Virus record (IMG/VR): IMGVR_UViG_3300027732_000064
Location: 1-36,046 of that record
Reading direction: 5' to 3' (one strand)
Length of the DNA: 36,046 nt
Source of the DNA: a virus
Taxonomy: Duplodnaviria > Caudoviricetes
In this document: piece after piece, positions 16,844 to 25,769 of the stretch
How positions within the stretch are numbered: position 1 is the first letter of the stretch
Layout of the letters: every line of letters begins with the position of its first letter
Notes under the pieces: model-generated
The model's database searches: none
What the model saw: only the letters and a program-made list of their open reading frames with translations
What the model was told of the DNA's origin: nothing
Made by a program: the position numbers and the translations under genes

Positions 16844-17061
16844 CATCAGAAGAACTCAAAACAATGCGTGACCACATCATTTACCTTGGGACCCAGTTGG
16901 AGAACGAGCGTCACCAGTCGGGTCAGAAGACCGTCCTACTGAAACGGATGCTTGACCCTGAAGACTTGGGACACGCTGTCACCACCGAGGTGCGCAAGTT
17001 GGCTTACCAAATCCTTATCCATGACACGGACAACGAAAGAAAACAATGGAAAACAAAATAA
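16840..17061 (+). CDS. Hypothetical protein
   Basis: GTGA overlap at 16840 with GAGGGAG SD. Confidence 0.65.
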   Translation: MTSEELKTMRDHIIYLGTQLENERHQSGQKTVLLKRMLDPEDLGHAVTTEVRKLAYQILIHDTDNERKQWKTK

Positions 17062-18116
17062 TCCTACGGCCAAGTTCAGCATCCCGCTGGATCGCCTGCC
17101 CCGCATCTGTACGGCTCAGTGAAGGCGTACCTTACGAACCCGCTGGTGAGGCCGCGCAGATCGGTACTGCCATCCACGCCCTGGCCGAGAAGTGCTTTGC
17201 TACGGGCGAGAAGGCTGATGCCTACCTTGGCAAGCCTGTAGAGGGCATCACGATGACTCAAGAGAACGTGGACTTTGCCCAGGCTCACCTTGACCACATT
17301 ACAAATCTGAAATCTGAACTTGGGGCTGTAAAGGTCGAGCAGTACGTGACGGTCTTTGATACTCCCGCTGTGAAGTTGGGCGGGACTGCTGACGTGATCG
17401 GGTTTGGTAACGGCATCCTTGAGATCGCAGACCTGAAGACGGGACGCGGGTACGTGGATGCAGACAGCAGTCAGATGAAGATTTACGCGCTGGGTACGCT
17501 GGCCAAGATCAAGAGTAAGCCTGTGGAGACTGTCAGGCTGTCCATCATCCAGCCGCACTCAGGCGATACACGTACACACATCATGACGGTGGATGAGTTG
17601 AACAGTTGGAAGGTTGACGTGCTGCTGCCTGCCATCGCTGAGTCTGCCAACATGGACGCGCAGCCAAAGCCATCTAGTAACGCCTGCCGTTACTGTCCTG
17701 CCAAGGTTATCTGTCCCGCGCAGACTAAGGCGTTGGAACTGATACCCGTCAAGTTGGATGTCAAGACCCTTGCGCCTGAAGTGGTCAGCGACCTGCTGGC
17801 TCGGTCTGAGATGGTCGAGGACTTCATCGCGGCACTACGCAAACACGCCACCAAGGTCTTGGAAGACGGCGGTGTCCTGTCAGGCTGGCAACTGTCGCCC
17901 AAACGCGCAACGCGCAAGTGGATTGATGAGGCGGCAGCCGTAGTCGCGCTGGAGGCTGCGGGTATCGAACACAGCAAACTCATGCTTACTGAGATCATTT
18001 CCCCTGCGGTGGCAGAGAAACTGCTAGGTAAGGAAAAGAAACACGTCCTTGAGGACATCACCAAAAAAGAAAGTTCAGGATTAACGCTTGCCAAAGCGGT
18101 TGGACTTGGACAATAA
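17046..18116 (+). CDS. Cas4-like PD-(D/E)XK exonuclease (DUF2800 type)
   Basis: SSASRWIACP, GTAIHALAE, GTAD, DLKTG, Q.KIYALG and CRYCPAKVIC motifs. Confidence 0.88.
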   Translation: MENKIILRPSSASRWIACPASVRLSEGVPYEPAGEAAQIGTAIHALAEKCFATGEKADAYLGKPVEGITMTQENVDFAQAHLDHITNLKSELGAVKVEQYVTVFDTPAVKLGGTADVIGFGNGILEIADLKTGRGYVDADSSQMKIYALGTLAKIKSKPVETVRLSIIQPHSGDTRTHIMTVDELNSWKVDVLLPAIAESANMDAQPKPSSNACRYCPAKVICPAQTKALELIPVKLDVKTLAPEVVSDLLARSEMVEDFIAALRKHATKVLEDGGVLSGWQLSPKRATRKWIDEAAAVVALEAAGIEHSKLMLTEIISPAVAEKLLGKEKKHVLEDITKKESSGLTLAKAVGLGQ

Positions 18117-18126
18117 TCACCTCCCC

Positions 18127-18142
18127 GTGACTACTTAGTCAC
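18127..18142. promoter_or_regulatory. Palindromic operator upstream of the SSB-like gene
   Basis: GTGACTA-CT-TAGTCAC with perfect 7-bp arms, in a 49-bp intergenic gap. Confidence 0.65.
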
Positions 18143-18165
18143 ATAACCTTGAAAGCAAAACGCAA

Positions 18166-18729
18166 ATGCTAAATCTCTCATCCTCCGGCGGCTCTGGTAA
18201 CTACATCCGTTTCTCACCCCAAGCCAACGCTTGGACAAACTCAAACAACGAAGAAATCCAGTTAAAAAAAGTCGTTTTCGACATCGACAACGTGCAGACT
18301 GGTTGGCTCCTGCTGGCCGTTGGTCAGCGCGAGTGGAACCCTGATGTGGCACTCGGTAAGAAGGGTCCGCAGCCAACGCCTGAACACAAGCGCGGGTTCA
18401 TGGTCACGCTGTACAACAAGGAGATCGGCGCAGCCGAGTGGTCTAGCAACGGAGTCGGACCCAACATGGGCTTGGAGCAGTTGTACAAGACCTGCGACGC
18501 GCAACGCGCTGCAAACCCTGGAAAGTTGCCGGTGGTTGAGTACAAGGGTTCCAAGTTGGAGAAGATCGGCAAGGGTACGACTCGCATCCCCAACTTTGAG
18601 TTGGTGTCGTGGGTAGCGCGTCCCGAAGGAATGGACGCTGTGGCGGCTCCTGTTGAGCAAGCACCTCAGCCAGTGCGTCAAGCACCGGCGAAGGCGGCTG
18701 TAGTGGAAGACGAAGACGAGATGTTCTAA
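18166..18729 (+). CDS. Putative single-stranded DNA-binding protein
   Basis: Lies between exonuclease and primase; beta-rich core, Pro/Ala linker and acidic EDEDEMF tail. Confidence 0.65.
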   Translation: MLNLSSSGGSGNYIRFSPQANAWTNSNNEEIQLKKVVFDIDNVQTGWLLLAVGQREWNPDVALGKKGPQPTPEHKRGFMVTLYNKEIGAAEWSSNGVGPNMGLEQLYKTCDAQRAANPGKLPVVEYKGSKLEKIGKGTTRIPNFELVSWVARPEGMDAVAAPVEQAPQPVRQAPAKAAVVEDEDEMF

Positions 18730-18744
18730 GCCGTAGTCCCGAAC

Positions 18745-18774
18745 GCCGAGGTGTAACAGCCTCGGCTTTTTTTT
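18745..18774 (+). terminator. Intrinsic terminator
   Basis: GCCGAGG-loop-CCTCGGC followed by T8. Confidence 0.88.
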
Positions 18775-18796
18775 CCCCTAAAAATAAAGAATAACT

Positions 18797-20860
18797 ATGC
18801 AAGCCGAACAAATAGCGCAGGCACTAGGCAACGCAAAGCAAGCAAACGGATCGTGGCTGGCATCATGCCCAGTCCAATCGCACGGCAAGGGCAACGGGGA
18901 CAAGAACCCATCCCTTTCCATCACGGAGACTCAGGACGGGAAGTACTTGTTCCACTGCCACGGCGGGTGCGACCAGCAGGACGTGTTCAACGCAATCAGA
19001 GACAGAGGTCTTTTGCCGGAACTACCTAAACGTGAGGAGATATTCAGCAGCCTCGCCACCCTCGCACCGCAGCCTATGACCTTGGAGCAGGAGTGGGAGT
19101 ACATGGACGAGGACAGGAACACCCTGTTCATCAAGCAGAGGTTCAAGACGAACACAGAGAAGGGCAAGGACTACAGGCTGGTCAGGGTTGACGCACTCGG
19201 CAGGCGGCACTCACGGCTTGGAGATGTAAGGATTGTCCCTTACCGATTCCCAGAACTCTTGGACGCAAAGACAGCAGGCCGTGCCATTTACCTTGTCGAA
19301 GGCGAGAAGGCGGCGGATGCGCTGGTGTCCATCGGAGCCATAGCCACAACGTCACACGCTGGGGCTGGGCATTGGCCTGCTGAGATAACGCAGTACTTTG
19401 CAGGGGCAAACGTGGTGGTGGTTCCCGACAACGACAAGGCGGGACAGGAGTACGCCAAGAAGGTAATCAAGAACCTGCTGCCGGTGGCCAAGTCTGTCAG
19501 GTATTTAGACCTTGATCTTCCGTTCCCTGGCGATGATGCCTTCGAGTGGGTGAAGATGGGAGGCACGAGGGCTGAACTCGCAGACCTTGCAAAGAAACTC
19601 CCAGCCATCACGGAAACGGATAGCGCAACGAACAGCGAACAGGTAGAGCCGTACTATGAAAATAGTACATCAGATGACTACAACTTCAAGTCAACTGAGC
19701 AAGACGAGTCAACCAAGGCCAAGCCTTTGTTCCTCAACATCGAGTCGTGGGACACCATTCAGGACGAGCCAGTCGAGTGGCTGATAGAGAAGGTCATACC
19801 CAAGAAGTCGTTTGTCGCCCTGTACGGACCACCAGGCAGTTACAAGTCCTTCATTGCCTTGGACATTGCCGAGGCGGTGGCAACGGGCAGGACGTGGATG
19901 GGTAACGAGATCAAGACTCCAGGCGCAGTGCTGTACATTTGCGGAGAAGGACATGGCGGTATTGGGGCAAGGATCAGGGCTTGCAAGATACACAACAACA
20001 CCCAGCAGGGCGCGGAAATCTACGTCATCAGACACCAACTCAACCTGAGATCGAGTGAGGAGGACTTCAACCTATTGATGCTGTCCATCCAGCAACTCAT
20101 CAACGACACGGGCGTGGAGTTCAGCCTGCTGCAAATAGATACCTTGGCACGAGCCTTCGGCGGCGGCAACGAGAACGACTCCCAGGACATGGGCGCGTTC
20201 ATCACCAACATCGGACGGGTCCAAAGGATGCTGGACTGCACCATCATGATCTTGCACCACAGTGGGAAGGATGCCACAAGAGGGCTGCGCGGCCACTCTT
20301 CCCTCTTAGGGGCCGTGGATACGCAACTGGAATTACTGAAGATAGAAGGCGGTAAACGCGACGGGATTGCGGGGTCAGGGCTGCTAACCATCAGTAAACA
20401 GAAGGACGGCGCGGACAACATCAAGATCGGATTTGAGATGGTTGAGGTGCAGTTATCAGCGTCTAGTTTGGGACTGGAACCCGTCATCAGCCTTGCCGTT
20501 AACCCTTCGGATGAGGCAACGAGGGTCATAGCAGACACGGAAAAGAAGGAGAAAAAGCCTCCATTGATGCGGGACAAGGGCGGCGATCAGAAGGTTTGTA
20601 TTGACTCTCTGCACAAGGCGATTAAGGAATTCGGAGAGATGCGTGACCTTGATGGCAAGAGAAATAAGGCCGTAAAGATCGATTATTGGAAGGAAAAGTT
20701 TAAGGAAGTGTGGGGATATGAGAAAACTGGCAAGCAGATTTCCAACAAATTTAGTTTCCTGATGCGTCAGTTTGTAGCAAGAAATAAGGTTGTTGTGTTC
20801 AAGGATTACGTTTGGGCGGTATTTGAGGACGAATCTGAGTTTGGTGGTGATGATGAGTAA
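18797..20860 (+). CDS. Primase-helicase: Zn-binding, TOPRIM and AAA_25 (RepA-like SF4) domains
   Basis: CP..SH..D.NPSL..HCHGGC; VEGEKAAD and DND; Walker A GPPGSYKS; IDTLAR; HHSGK; RGHS. Confidence 0.92.
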   Translation: MQAEQIAQALGNAKQANGSWLASCPVQSHGKGNGDKNPSLSITETQDGKYLFHCHGGCDQQDVFNAIRDRGLLPELPKREEIFSSLATLAPQPMTLEQEWEYMDEDRNTLFIKQRFKTNTEKGKDYRLVRVDALGRRHSRLGDVRIVPYRFPELLDAKTAGRAIYLVEGEKAADALVSIGAIATTSHAGAGHWPAEITQYFAGANVVVVPDNDKAGQEYAKKVIKNLLPVAKSVRYLDLDLPFPGDDAFEWVKMGGTRAELADLAKKLPAITETDSATNSEQVEPYYENSTSDDYNFKSTEQDESTKAKPLFLNIESWDTIQDEPVEWLIEKVIPKKSFVALYGPPGSYKSFIALDIAEAVATGRTWMGNEIKTPGAVLYICGEGHGGIGARIRACKIHNNTQQGAEIYVIRHQLNLRSSEEDFNLLMLSIQQLINDTGVEFSLLQIDTLARAFGGGNENDSQDMGAFITNIGRVQRMLDCTIMILHHSGKDATRGLRGHSSLLGAVDTQLELLKIEGGKRDGIAGSGLLTISKQKDGADNIKIGFEMVEVQLSASSLGLEPVISLAVNPSDEATRVIADTEKKEKKPPLMRDKGGDQKVCIDSLHKAIKEFGEMRDLDGKRNKAVKIDYWKEKFKEVWGYEKTGKQISNKFSFLMRQFVARNKVVVFKDYVWAVFEDESEFGGDDE

Positions 20861-20862
20861 AA

Positions 20863-20975
20863 GTAAACAAATGGTAAACAAATGGTAAACAAATGGTGCG
20901 TCCATTTGTTGGTGGTAAATGTAAACAAATGGTGGCAAATCCCTTAAGGGATGCCCATCCATTTGTTTACATTTA
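20863..20975. repeat. Iteron array plus palindrome: probable replication origin
   Basis: Three tandem GTAAACAAATG (20863-20895); 17-bp perfect inverted repeat 20916-20932/20959-20975 around ATCCCTTAAGGGAT. Confidence 0.8.
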
Positions 20976-21008
20976 TGAGGACAGCGTAAGAAACTAGTAA
21001 GGATTGAT

Positions 21009-21662
21009 ATGGTGACTAAAAAACGTGCAGTAGTAGTAAAGGTTGAGCAGCCAAGTTTTCCAGCAGACCCGTTCAAGGTCAAGTTGAACTCGTTGCTGTT
21101 GTCGGTCAGTAATCGAAAGAAAGACCATGAGGCTGTGTGGGGTATTGATAGATTGATTGGACTGGTGGACGCTGAGTTGCGGACAAAGTTTTGGAATCAG
21201 ATGGAGCGGGTGTGGACGGCTCAAGAGAATCGGGACGAGGAAAGGTTGGAGAAGGCGGTCAAGGGAATGATTGCGGGGTATGACGCTTTGGAACGGTACG
21301 CGGTGGCCAACGGGATAAGTGAGATGCCTGACATTGCGGCGATTGAGCATGAGATGGTGGACGGTTCGGTGATGGTCATTGTCAAGACCAAGGCTGACGC
21401 GTTGCTGTACAGCCAGTTCCGACCTGATGTGCAAGGACGGCACGTTTGGAACATGGAGGAGATCGAGACGATGATGGCCGGTGCGGTGATGCAGCAGGTC
21501 ATCAAGATCAAGCAGTTGGACGCTGGAGCCACGATGGTGAAGGTGGGCGGTGACAGCGGGTTCGATGACATGGAGAGTGACTTGGACTTCAGTAAACCGT
21601 CAACGTTGGAAAAGAAGTTCAACACGGAACTGGCTGAGGCTGGCAGGAACGCCTCAATTTGA
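21009..21662 (+). CDS. Conserved hypothetical protein
   Basis: 217-aa ORF with TAAGGA SD. Confidence 0.8.
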   Translation: MVTKKRAVVVKVEQPSFPADPFKVKLNSLLLSVSNRKKDHEAVWGIDRLIGLVDAELRTKFWNQMERVWTAQENRDEERLEKAVKGMIAGYDALERYAVANGISEMPDIAAIEHEMVDGSVMVIVKTKADALLYSQFRPDVQGRHVWNMEEIETMMAGAVMQQVIKIKQLDAGATMVKVGGDSGFDDMESDLDFSKPSTLEKKFNTELAEAGRNASI

Positions 21663-21729
21663 CGAGAAAATGGGTAGGTTGATAGGTTGGGTGCTTGGAT
21701 AGACTAAAACGCTTAGAAAGGGCTTAGAA

Positions 21730-22164
21730 ATGGCTGGTAGACCGAAACGTAAGGAGGACTTGATTAAATTGGATCAAATTCCGCAGGAACAGATCATCGT
21801 GATGCTGGAGGAGGGCAAGTCGATTACGCGGGTATGTATGGCGTTAGGCGTGGGTCGGACGGCCATGAATGCGTGGTTAAGCAAGCCAGAGAACGTAGAA
21901 TTGGTCTCGCGTGCGCGTGTGAGGGCGGCTGATCTGATGGTCTCCGATGCGCTGGACATCGCCGACTCAGCGTCCATCGAGGAGGTCAACCTGGCTAAGT
22001 TACGCATCCAAACGCGCCATTGGACGGCTGAGAGGTGGAATGCACCTGCTTACGCGCAGCAGAAGGGTCAGCAGGTCAGCATCAACATCCAAGGGATGCG
22101 CATGGATGCACTGCGCCACGTCGAGGTGCTGGAGGACTTATCCACACCCAAATTGTCCACTTAG
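21730..22164 (+). CDS. terS: Terminase small subunit (Sf6 gp1-like)
   Basis: N-terminal HTH, RAR...AD......LDIAD and AKLRIQTR.W.A.R..P..Y; upstream of TerL. Confidence 0.85.
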   Translation: MAGRPKRKEDLIKLDQIPQEQIIVMLEEGKSITRVCMALGVGRTAMNAWLSKPENVELVSRARVRAADLMVSDALDIADSASIEEVNLAKLRIQTRHWTAERWNAPAYAQQKGQQVSINIQGMRMDALRHVEVLEDLSTPKLST

Positions 22165-22227
22165 TCACATTAACCTGTGCATAAGTACCATACGACCACA
22201 CAATCCATGTATAACCTGTGCGTAAGT
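22138..22227. promoter_or_regulatory. Cluster of DnaA-box-like 9-mers and 16-bp direct repeats
   Basis: TTATCCACA at 22138; TGTGCATAA at 22176; TGTGCGTAA at 22217; TAACCTGTGCRTAAGT at 22171 and 22212. Confidence 0.55.
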
Positions 22228-22406
22228 GGCAATCTTATTAACATAATGAACACTGTATCAATTACAGTTCCGCATCGTGGAATCCTGCCTGTCTGGGGCT
22301 GGGTTCTGGCCGTCGGGCGGCTGACCCCCCCCCTTCGCGCCATCGGCGGGGGCGGGACTGATGCTGCCCCTAAGAAATACCGACCACAACCCATAGAAAG
22401 CCGCCA

Positions 22407-23927
22407 ATGACCACACCCCCCACCCCCACTATGGAACTCGCCCCTCTCCCAAAAAAAAATAAAAAAAACGTGGAATTGACTACTGAGGCAATAGAACAGA
22501 TCGCGGCCATGTCCGCAGCCGAAGACAAGAATCCGTTTATCGCGTTCGTGAAACGCTACAAGCACAACCCGACCCTGTTTGTCCAGGAGGTACTCAACAC
22601 ACAGCCCGATGAATGGCAGAAAGAGTTCCTTGCCCACATCGCGGACGGCAACCGGCGAATCAGCGTCAGGTCAGGCCACGGAGTCGGAAAGTCCACAGCA
22701 GCGTCATGGGCAATTCTTTGGTATCTGTTCCTACGCTTCCCAGTGAAAATCGTCTTGACGGCCCCCACCTCCAGCCAACTGTACGACGCACTATTCGCTG
22801 AGTTGAAGCGTTGGGTGAAGGCACTACCCGAAACCCTGAGAGATCAATTGGAGGTCAAGCAGGACCGCATCGAGGTCAAAGAAGCCCCCAACGAGGCGTT
22901 CATCTCAGCACGGACATCACGAGCCGAGCAGCCCGAAGCCCTCCAAGGGGTTCACAGTGAGAACGTGATGCTGGTGGCTGACGAGGCATCGGGTATACCT
23001 GAACAGGTATTCGAGGCCGCAGCCGGCTCTATGTCGGGACACTCTGCCGTGACCCTGTTATTGGGCAACCCCGTGCGCAGTTCGGGGTTCTTTTACGACA
23101 CCCACAACAGGCTCAAGGATGACTGGATCACGATGCGGGTCAACTGCACCGACTCCCCGCGGGTGTCAGAGGCTTACGTTGATGAGATGAGGTCAAGGTA
23201 CGGCGAGGAGTCCAACGCCTTCCGTATTCGCGTACTTGGCGAGTTCCCGCGCAGCGACGATGACACCGTCATCCCGATGGAATTGCTAGAAATGGCCATG
23301 AATCGTGACGTGGAACCCTCCGCACACGCTCGTTTGGTGTGGGGCTTGGACGTTGCGCGGTTCGGTTCCGACAGGTCAGCCCTGTGTAAGCGTCAGGGGA
23401 ATGCTGTGTTGGAACCCGTAAAGACTTGGAAAAACCTCGACCTGATGCAACTGACAGGTGCAGTCGTGGCAGAGTACGAGGCCCTGCAACCGAGCCAGCG
23501 ACCCCATGAGATTCTTGTGGACAGCATTGGTTTGGGTGCTGGCGTGGTTGACAGGCTGCGGGAACTAAAACTTCCAGCGCGAGGCATCAACGTCTCCGAG
23601 TCACCGGCAATGGGTGCGACCTACCGAAACCTAAAGGCTGAGTTGTGGCACAAGGCCAAAGCCTGGTTAGAGCAAAGGGACTGCAAGATGCCCAAGGATG
23701 AGTCCCTGATTGCCGAACTGGCTGCCGTGAGGTACTCGTTCACAAGTTCGGGGAAGATACAGATCGAGGGCAAAGACGAGATTCGCAAGCGTGGCTTGGC
23801 CTCGCCAGACAGGGGTGACGCATTCTGTCTCACATTTGCCAGCGATGCCATCATGGGAATGTACGGCTCGGCGGCAAGTTCCGTTTGGAACAAACCCCTG
23901 CGCCGAAATATTCCAAGAGTTGCATAA
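22407..23927 (+). CDS. terL: Terminase large subunit
   Basis: Walker A SGHGVGKS, Walker B VADEASG, GNP, nuclease GLDVARFGSD and SPDRGDA; exact start uncertain. Confidence 0.96.
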   Translation: MTTPPTPTMELAPLPKKNKKNVELTTEAIEQIAAMSAAEDKNPFIAFVKRYKHNPTLFVQEVLNTQPDEWQKEFLAHIADGNRRISVRSGHGVGKSTAASWAILWYLFLRFPVKIVLTAPTSSQLYDALFAELKRWVKALPETLRDQLEVKQDRIEVKEAPNEAFISARTSRAEQPEALQGVHSENVMLVADEASGIPEQVFEAAAGSMSGHSAVTLLLGNPVRSSGFFYDTHNRLKDDWITMRVNCTDSPRVSEAYVDEMRSRYGEESNAFRIRVLGEFPRSDDDTVIPMELLEMAMNRDVEPSAHARLVWGLDVARFGSDRSALCKRQGNAVLEPVKTWKNLDLMQLTGAVVAEYEALQPSQRPHEILVDSIGLGAGVVDRLRELKLPARGINVSESPAMGATYRNLKAELWHKAKAWLEQRDCKMPKDESLIAELAAVRYSFTSSGKIQIEGKDEIRKRGLASPDRGDAFCLTFASDAIMGMYGSAASSVWNKPLRRNIPRVA

Positions 23928-23947
23928 TTGGGCATTCACTTTGGAGT

Positions 23948-24115
23948 ATGAAAATGAAACTTGACAAGGCAGCGAAGAAGATCGCATCCGTGATGCACGA
24001 GTTCAAGACCAAGTCCCTGCACTCAGGTGCTGGCGGCAAGGTCGTGAAGAATCCGCGCCAAGCGGTCGCTATTGCTTTATCACAGGCAAGCAAACTCAAG
24101 AAGGGTAAGAAGTAA
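23948..24115 (+). CDS. Small basic protein (DUF6496-like)
   Basis: GGAG SD; KIASVMHEFK..SLHSG..GK.VKNP.QAVAIALS. Confidence 0.8.
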   Translation: MKMKLDKAAKKIASVMHEFKTKSLHSGAGGKVVKNPRQAVAIALSQASKLKKGKK

Positions 24116-24600
24116 TGGCAACACAACCAAGCCGCAGCGTCCCGTCACGCTACAAGGGTGCGATGGATCAGATGATGAAGGAAGACACTGACACATCAAA
24201 CTGTCCACTTCCCACGCAAGACATCACCCTAAATCTCAAGAACCGAGCCAAGGCGATCACCACAGCAGCCTACGGTCCTGAGAACCCCAAACTACCAAAC
24301 GAGGCTTACTGGAAGCGGATGGCCGACGAGTGGGACGTGTCTGCCGAGGAAGCAAAGCAAAGCCGTTGCGGGAACTGCGCGGCGTTCAACGTATCCGACT
24401 CAATCAAGCAGTGCATTGCTGACGGCATCGGCAACGACGCTGACCCCGCTGATGTCGTCAAGTTGGCCGACCTTGGCTACTGCGAAATCTTTGACTTCAA
24501 GTGCGCGGCAAGCCGCAGTTGCCGTGCGTGGGTTGTTGGCGGCCCCAACACCGGCGAGGCCAAGGATGAAGACGAAGAGATGGAGCGAGAAACAAATTGA
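24115..24600 (+). CDS. Cys-rich putative metal-binding protein
   Basis: RCGNCAAF...GYC...DFKC...RSCRAW. Confidence 0.75.
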   Translation: MATQPSRSVPSRYKGAMDQMMKEDTDTSNCPLPTQDITLNLKNRAKAITTAAYGPENPKLPNEAYWKRMADEWDVSAEEAKQSRCGNCAAFNVSDSIKQCIADGIGNDADPADVVKLADLGYCEIFDFKCAASRSCRAWVVGGPNTGEAKDEDEEMERETN

Positions 24601-24601
24601 A

Positions 24602-25300
24602 ATGATTTCTCCGATCTGTATATCAACCGTCACCGGCAAGGGTCTTGCTGTGATGCTAGCAAGCATTGACGAGTACTGCCCCGAGGCTCCCGTTTACCTG
24701 CGCGGACCTTTGCACATCATCAGCCACTTCGAGGCCGACTACAAGATGGAGGGCGACAAGAGCAACTTTGGTGATGCCTACAACGCCATCATCGACAAGG
24801 CGTTCTCCGATGGGTTTAGTTCCGTGGTGGTGGCAAACGATGACATTGTTGTAACGCCCACCAGTTACAAGTATTTGCTTGAGGACGTGCTGCAACTCAA
24901 GAAACAGATCAAGGAACCCTTGGGCTGGGTATCGGCAAGATGCGACGCAGCCCGACCTGTGCAGAACATCAGGTCGAACCCGTTTAATGAGAAACTGAAT
25001 TACTTCAAATACCCCTACGAGGACTCCATCATCCCGATGGAATGCCTCTCCCCGATATTCGGGTGGATCAGCGACGAGGCATGGAACACGTTCAAGTTCC
25101 CACCCCTGAACTGGTACTCCGACGATGTCCACTGTGAAGACCTGCGAGCCGCTGGGTTCCAGCACTACCTATCCCGATCCTACGTTCACCACCTCGGTTC
25201 GCAAACTATTGGCCTTGACGGAGAGAAACTGGTCGCCCAGGCCAAGCCGTGGATCGTTGAAAACAGGCCACGCTATGCAGCAGACTGGTTCAATTCTTAA
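24602..25300 (+). CDS. GT-A fold (GT2-like) glycosyltransferase
   Basis: Start MISPICI at 24602; FGDAYN, VVANDDIVV, WYSDD..C and YVHH..SQT. Confidence 0.8.
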   Translation: MISPICISTVTGKGLAVMLASIDEYCPEAPVYLRGPLHIISHFEADYKMEGDKSNFGDAYNAIIDKAFSDGFSSVVVANDDIVVTPTSYKYLLEDVLQLKKQIKEPLGWVSARCDAARPVQNIRSNPFNEKLNYFKYPYEDSIIPMECLSPIFGWISDEAWNTFKFPPLNWYSDDVHCEDLRAAGFQHYLSRSYVHHLGSQTIGLDGEKLVAQAKPWIVENRPRYAADWFNS

Positions 25301-25769
25301 CCTCGGCTCCGGCAAAGACCGGCGCGAGGGTTGTATCAACGCAGACATCCGTGATGATGTCGGAGCCGACTGGGTGATGGACATCTGCAAGCCAGTGCCA
25401 AGCCGCCAGTTCTCTCAGATCATTGCCAACGACGTACTCGAACACCTGCCCGACCTAGTGGCGGCCATGAAGAATTGCAGGGATATGTTGAAGATGGGTG
25501 GCAAGATGCACATCCAAGTACCCTACGACTTGAGCCTTGGTGCTTGGCAAGACCCAACGCACGTCCGCGCCTTCAACGAGAAGTCGTGGGTTTATTACTG
25601 CGAGTGGTCGTGGTACTTGGGCTGGAAGGACACCAAGTTTGAGATGACCCACCTTGAGTGCAGGCTCAGTAAGTACGGTGCTGCCCTAGAATTACCCCAA
25701 GAGGAATTGATGCGGACACCCCGCGCCGTTGATTCCATGTACGTGATCTTGAAGAAAGTACCGATATGA
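25275..25769 (+). CDS. Class I SAM-dependent methyltransferase
   Basis: LNLGSG, NADI, VLEHL, VPY and AWQDPTHVR motifs; likely start 25275. Confidence 0.88.
   Translation: MQQTGSILNLGSGKDRREGCINADIRDDVGADWVMDICKPVPSRQFSQIIANDVLEHLPDLVAAMKNCRDMLKMGGKMHIQVPYDLSLGAWQDPTHVRAFNEKSWVYYCEWSWYLGWKDTKFEMTHLECRLSKYGAALELPQEELMRTPRAVDSMYVILKKVPI

Noticed and set aside
17046-18116. cas4 of a CRISPR system
   Set aside because: Stand-alone phage DUF2800-type exonuclease in a replication operon, with no cas1 or array
20863-20975. CRISPR mini-array
   Set aside because: The 11-bp units are contiguous with no spacers, and include inverted copies
20456-21082. 208-aa minus-strand ORF across the origin
   Set aside because: Antisense to the primase-helicase and the next gene; no SD or motif; probably a shadow frame
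21659-21730. Late promoter (TTGACG...TAGGTT) and short repeats TAGGTTG and GCTTAGAAA before terS
   Set aside because: Poor -10 match with 18-nt spacing, and the repeats are too short to support a call
22177-22410. 77-aa ORF between terS and terL (and the opposite-strand 22170..22637)
   Set aside because: Runs through DnaA-like repeats and homopolymer tracts with no SD or motif; the ATGA overlap with terL leaves a small chance it is real
22451-22468. Programmed slippage at A9-T-A8 in the terL 5' end
   Set aside because: TerL is intact in one frame and no useful alternative product is evident
25275-25769. DNA methyltransferase
   Set aside because: Lacks DNA-MTase catalytic motifs; VLEH/DPTH type sitting beside a glycosyltransferase
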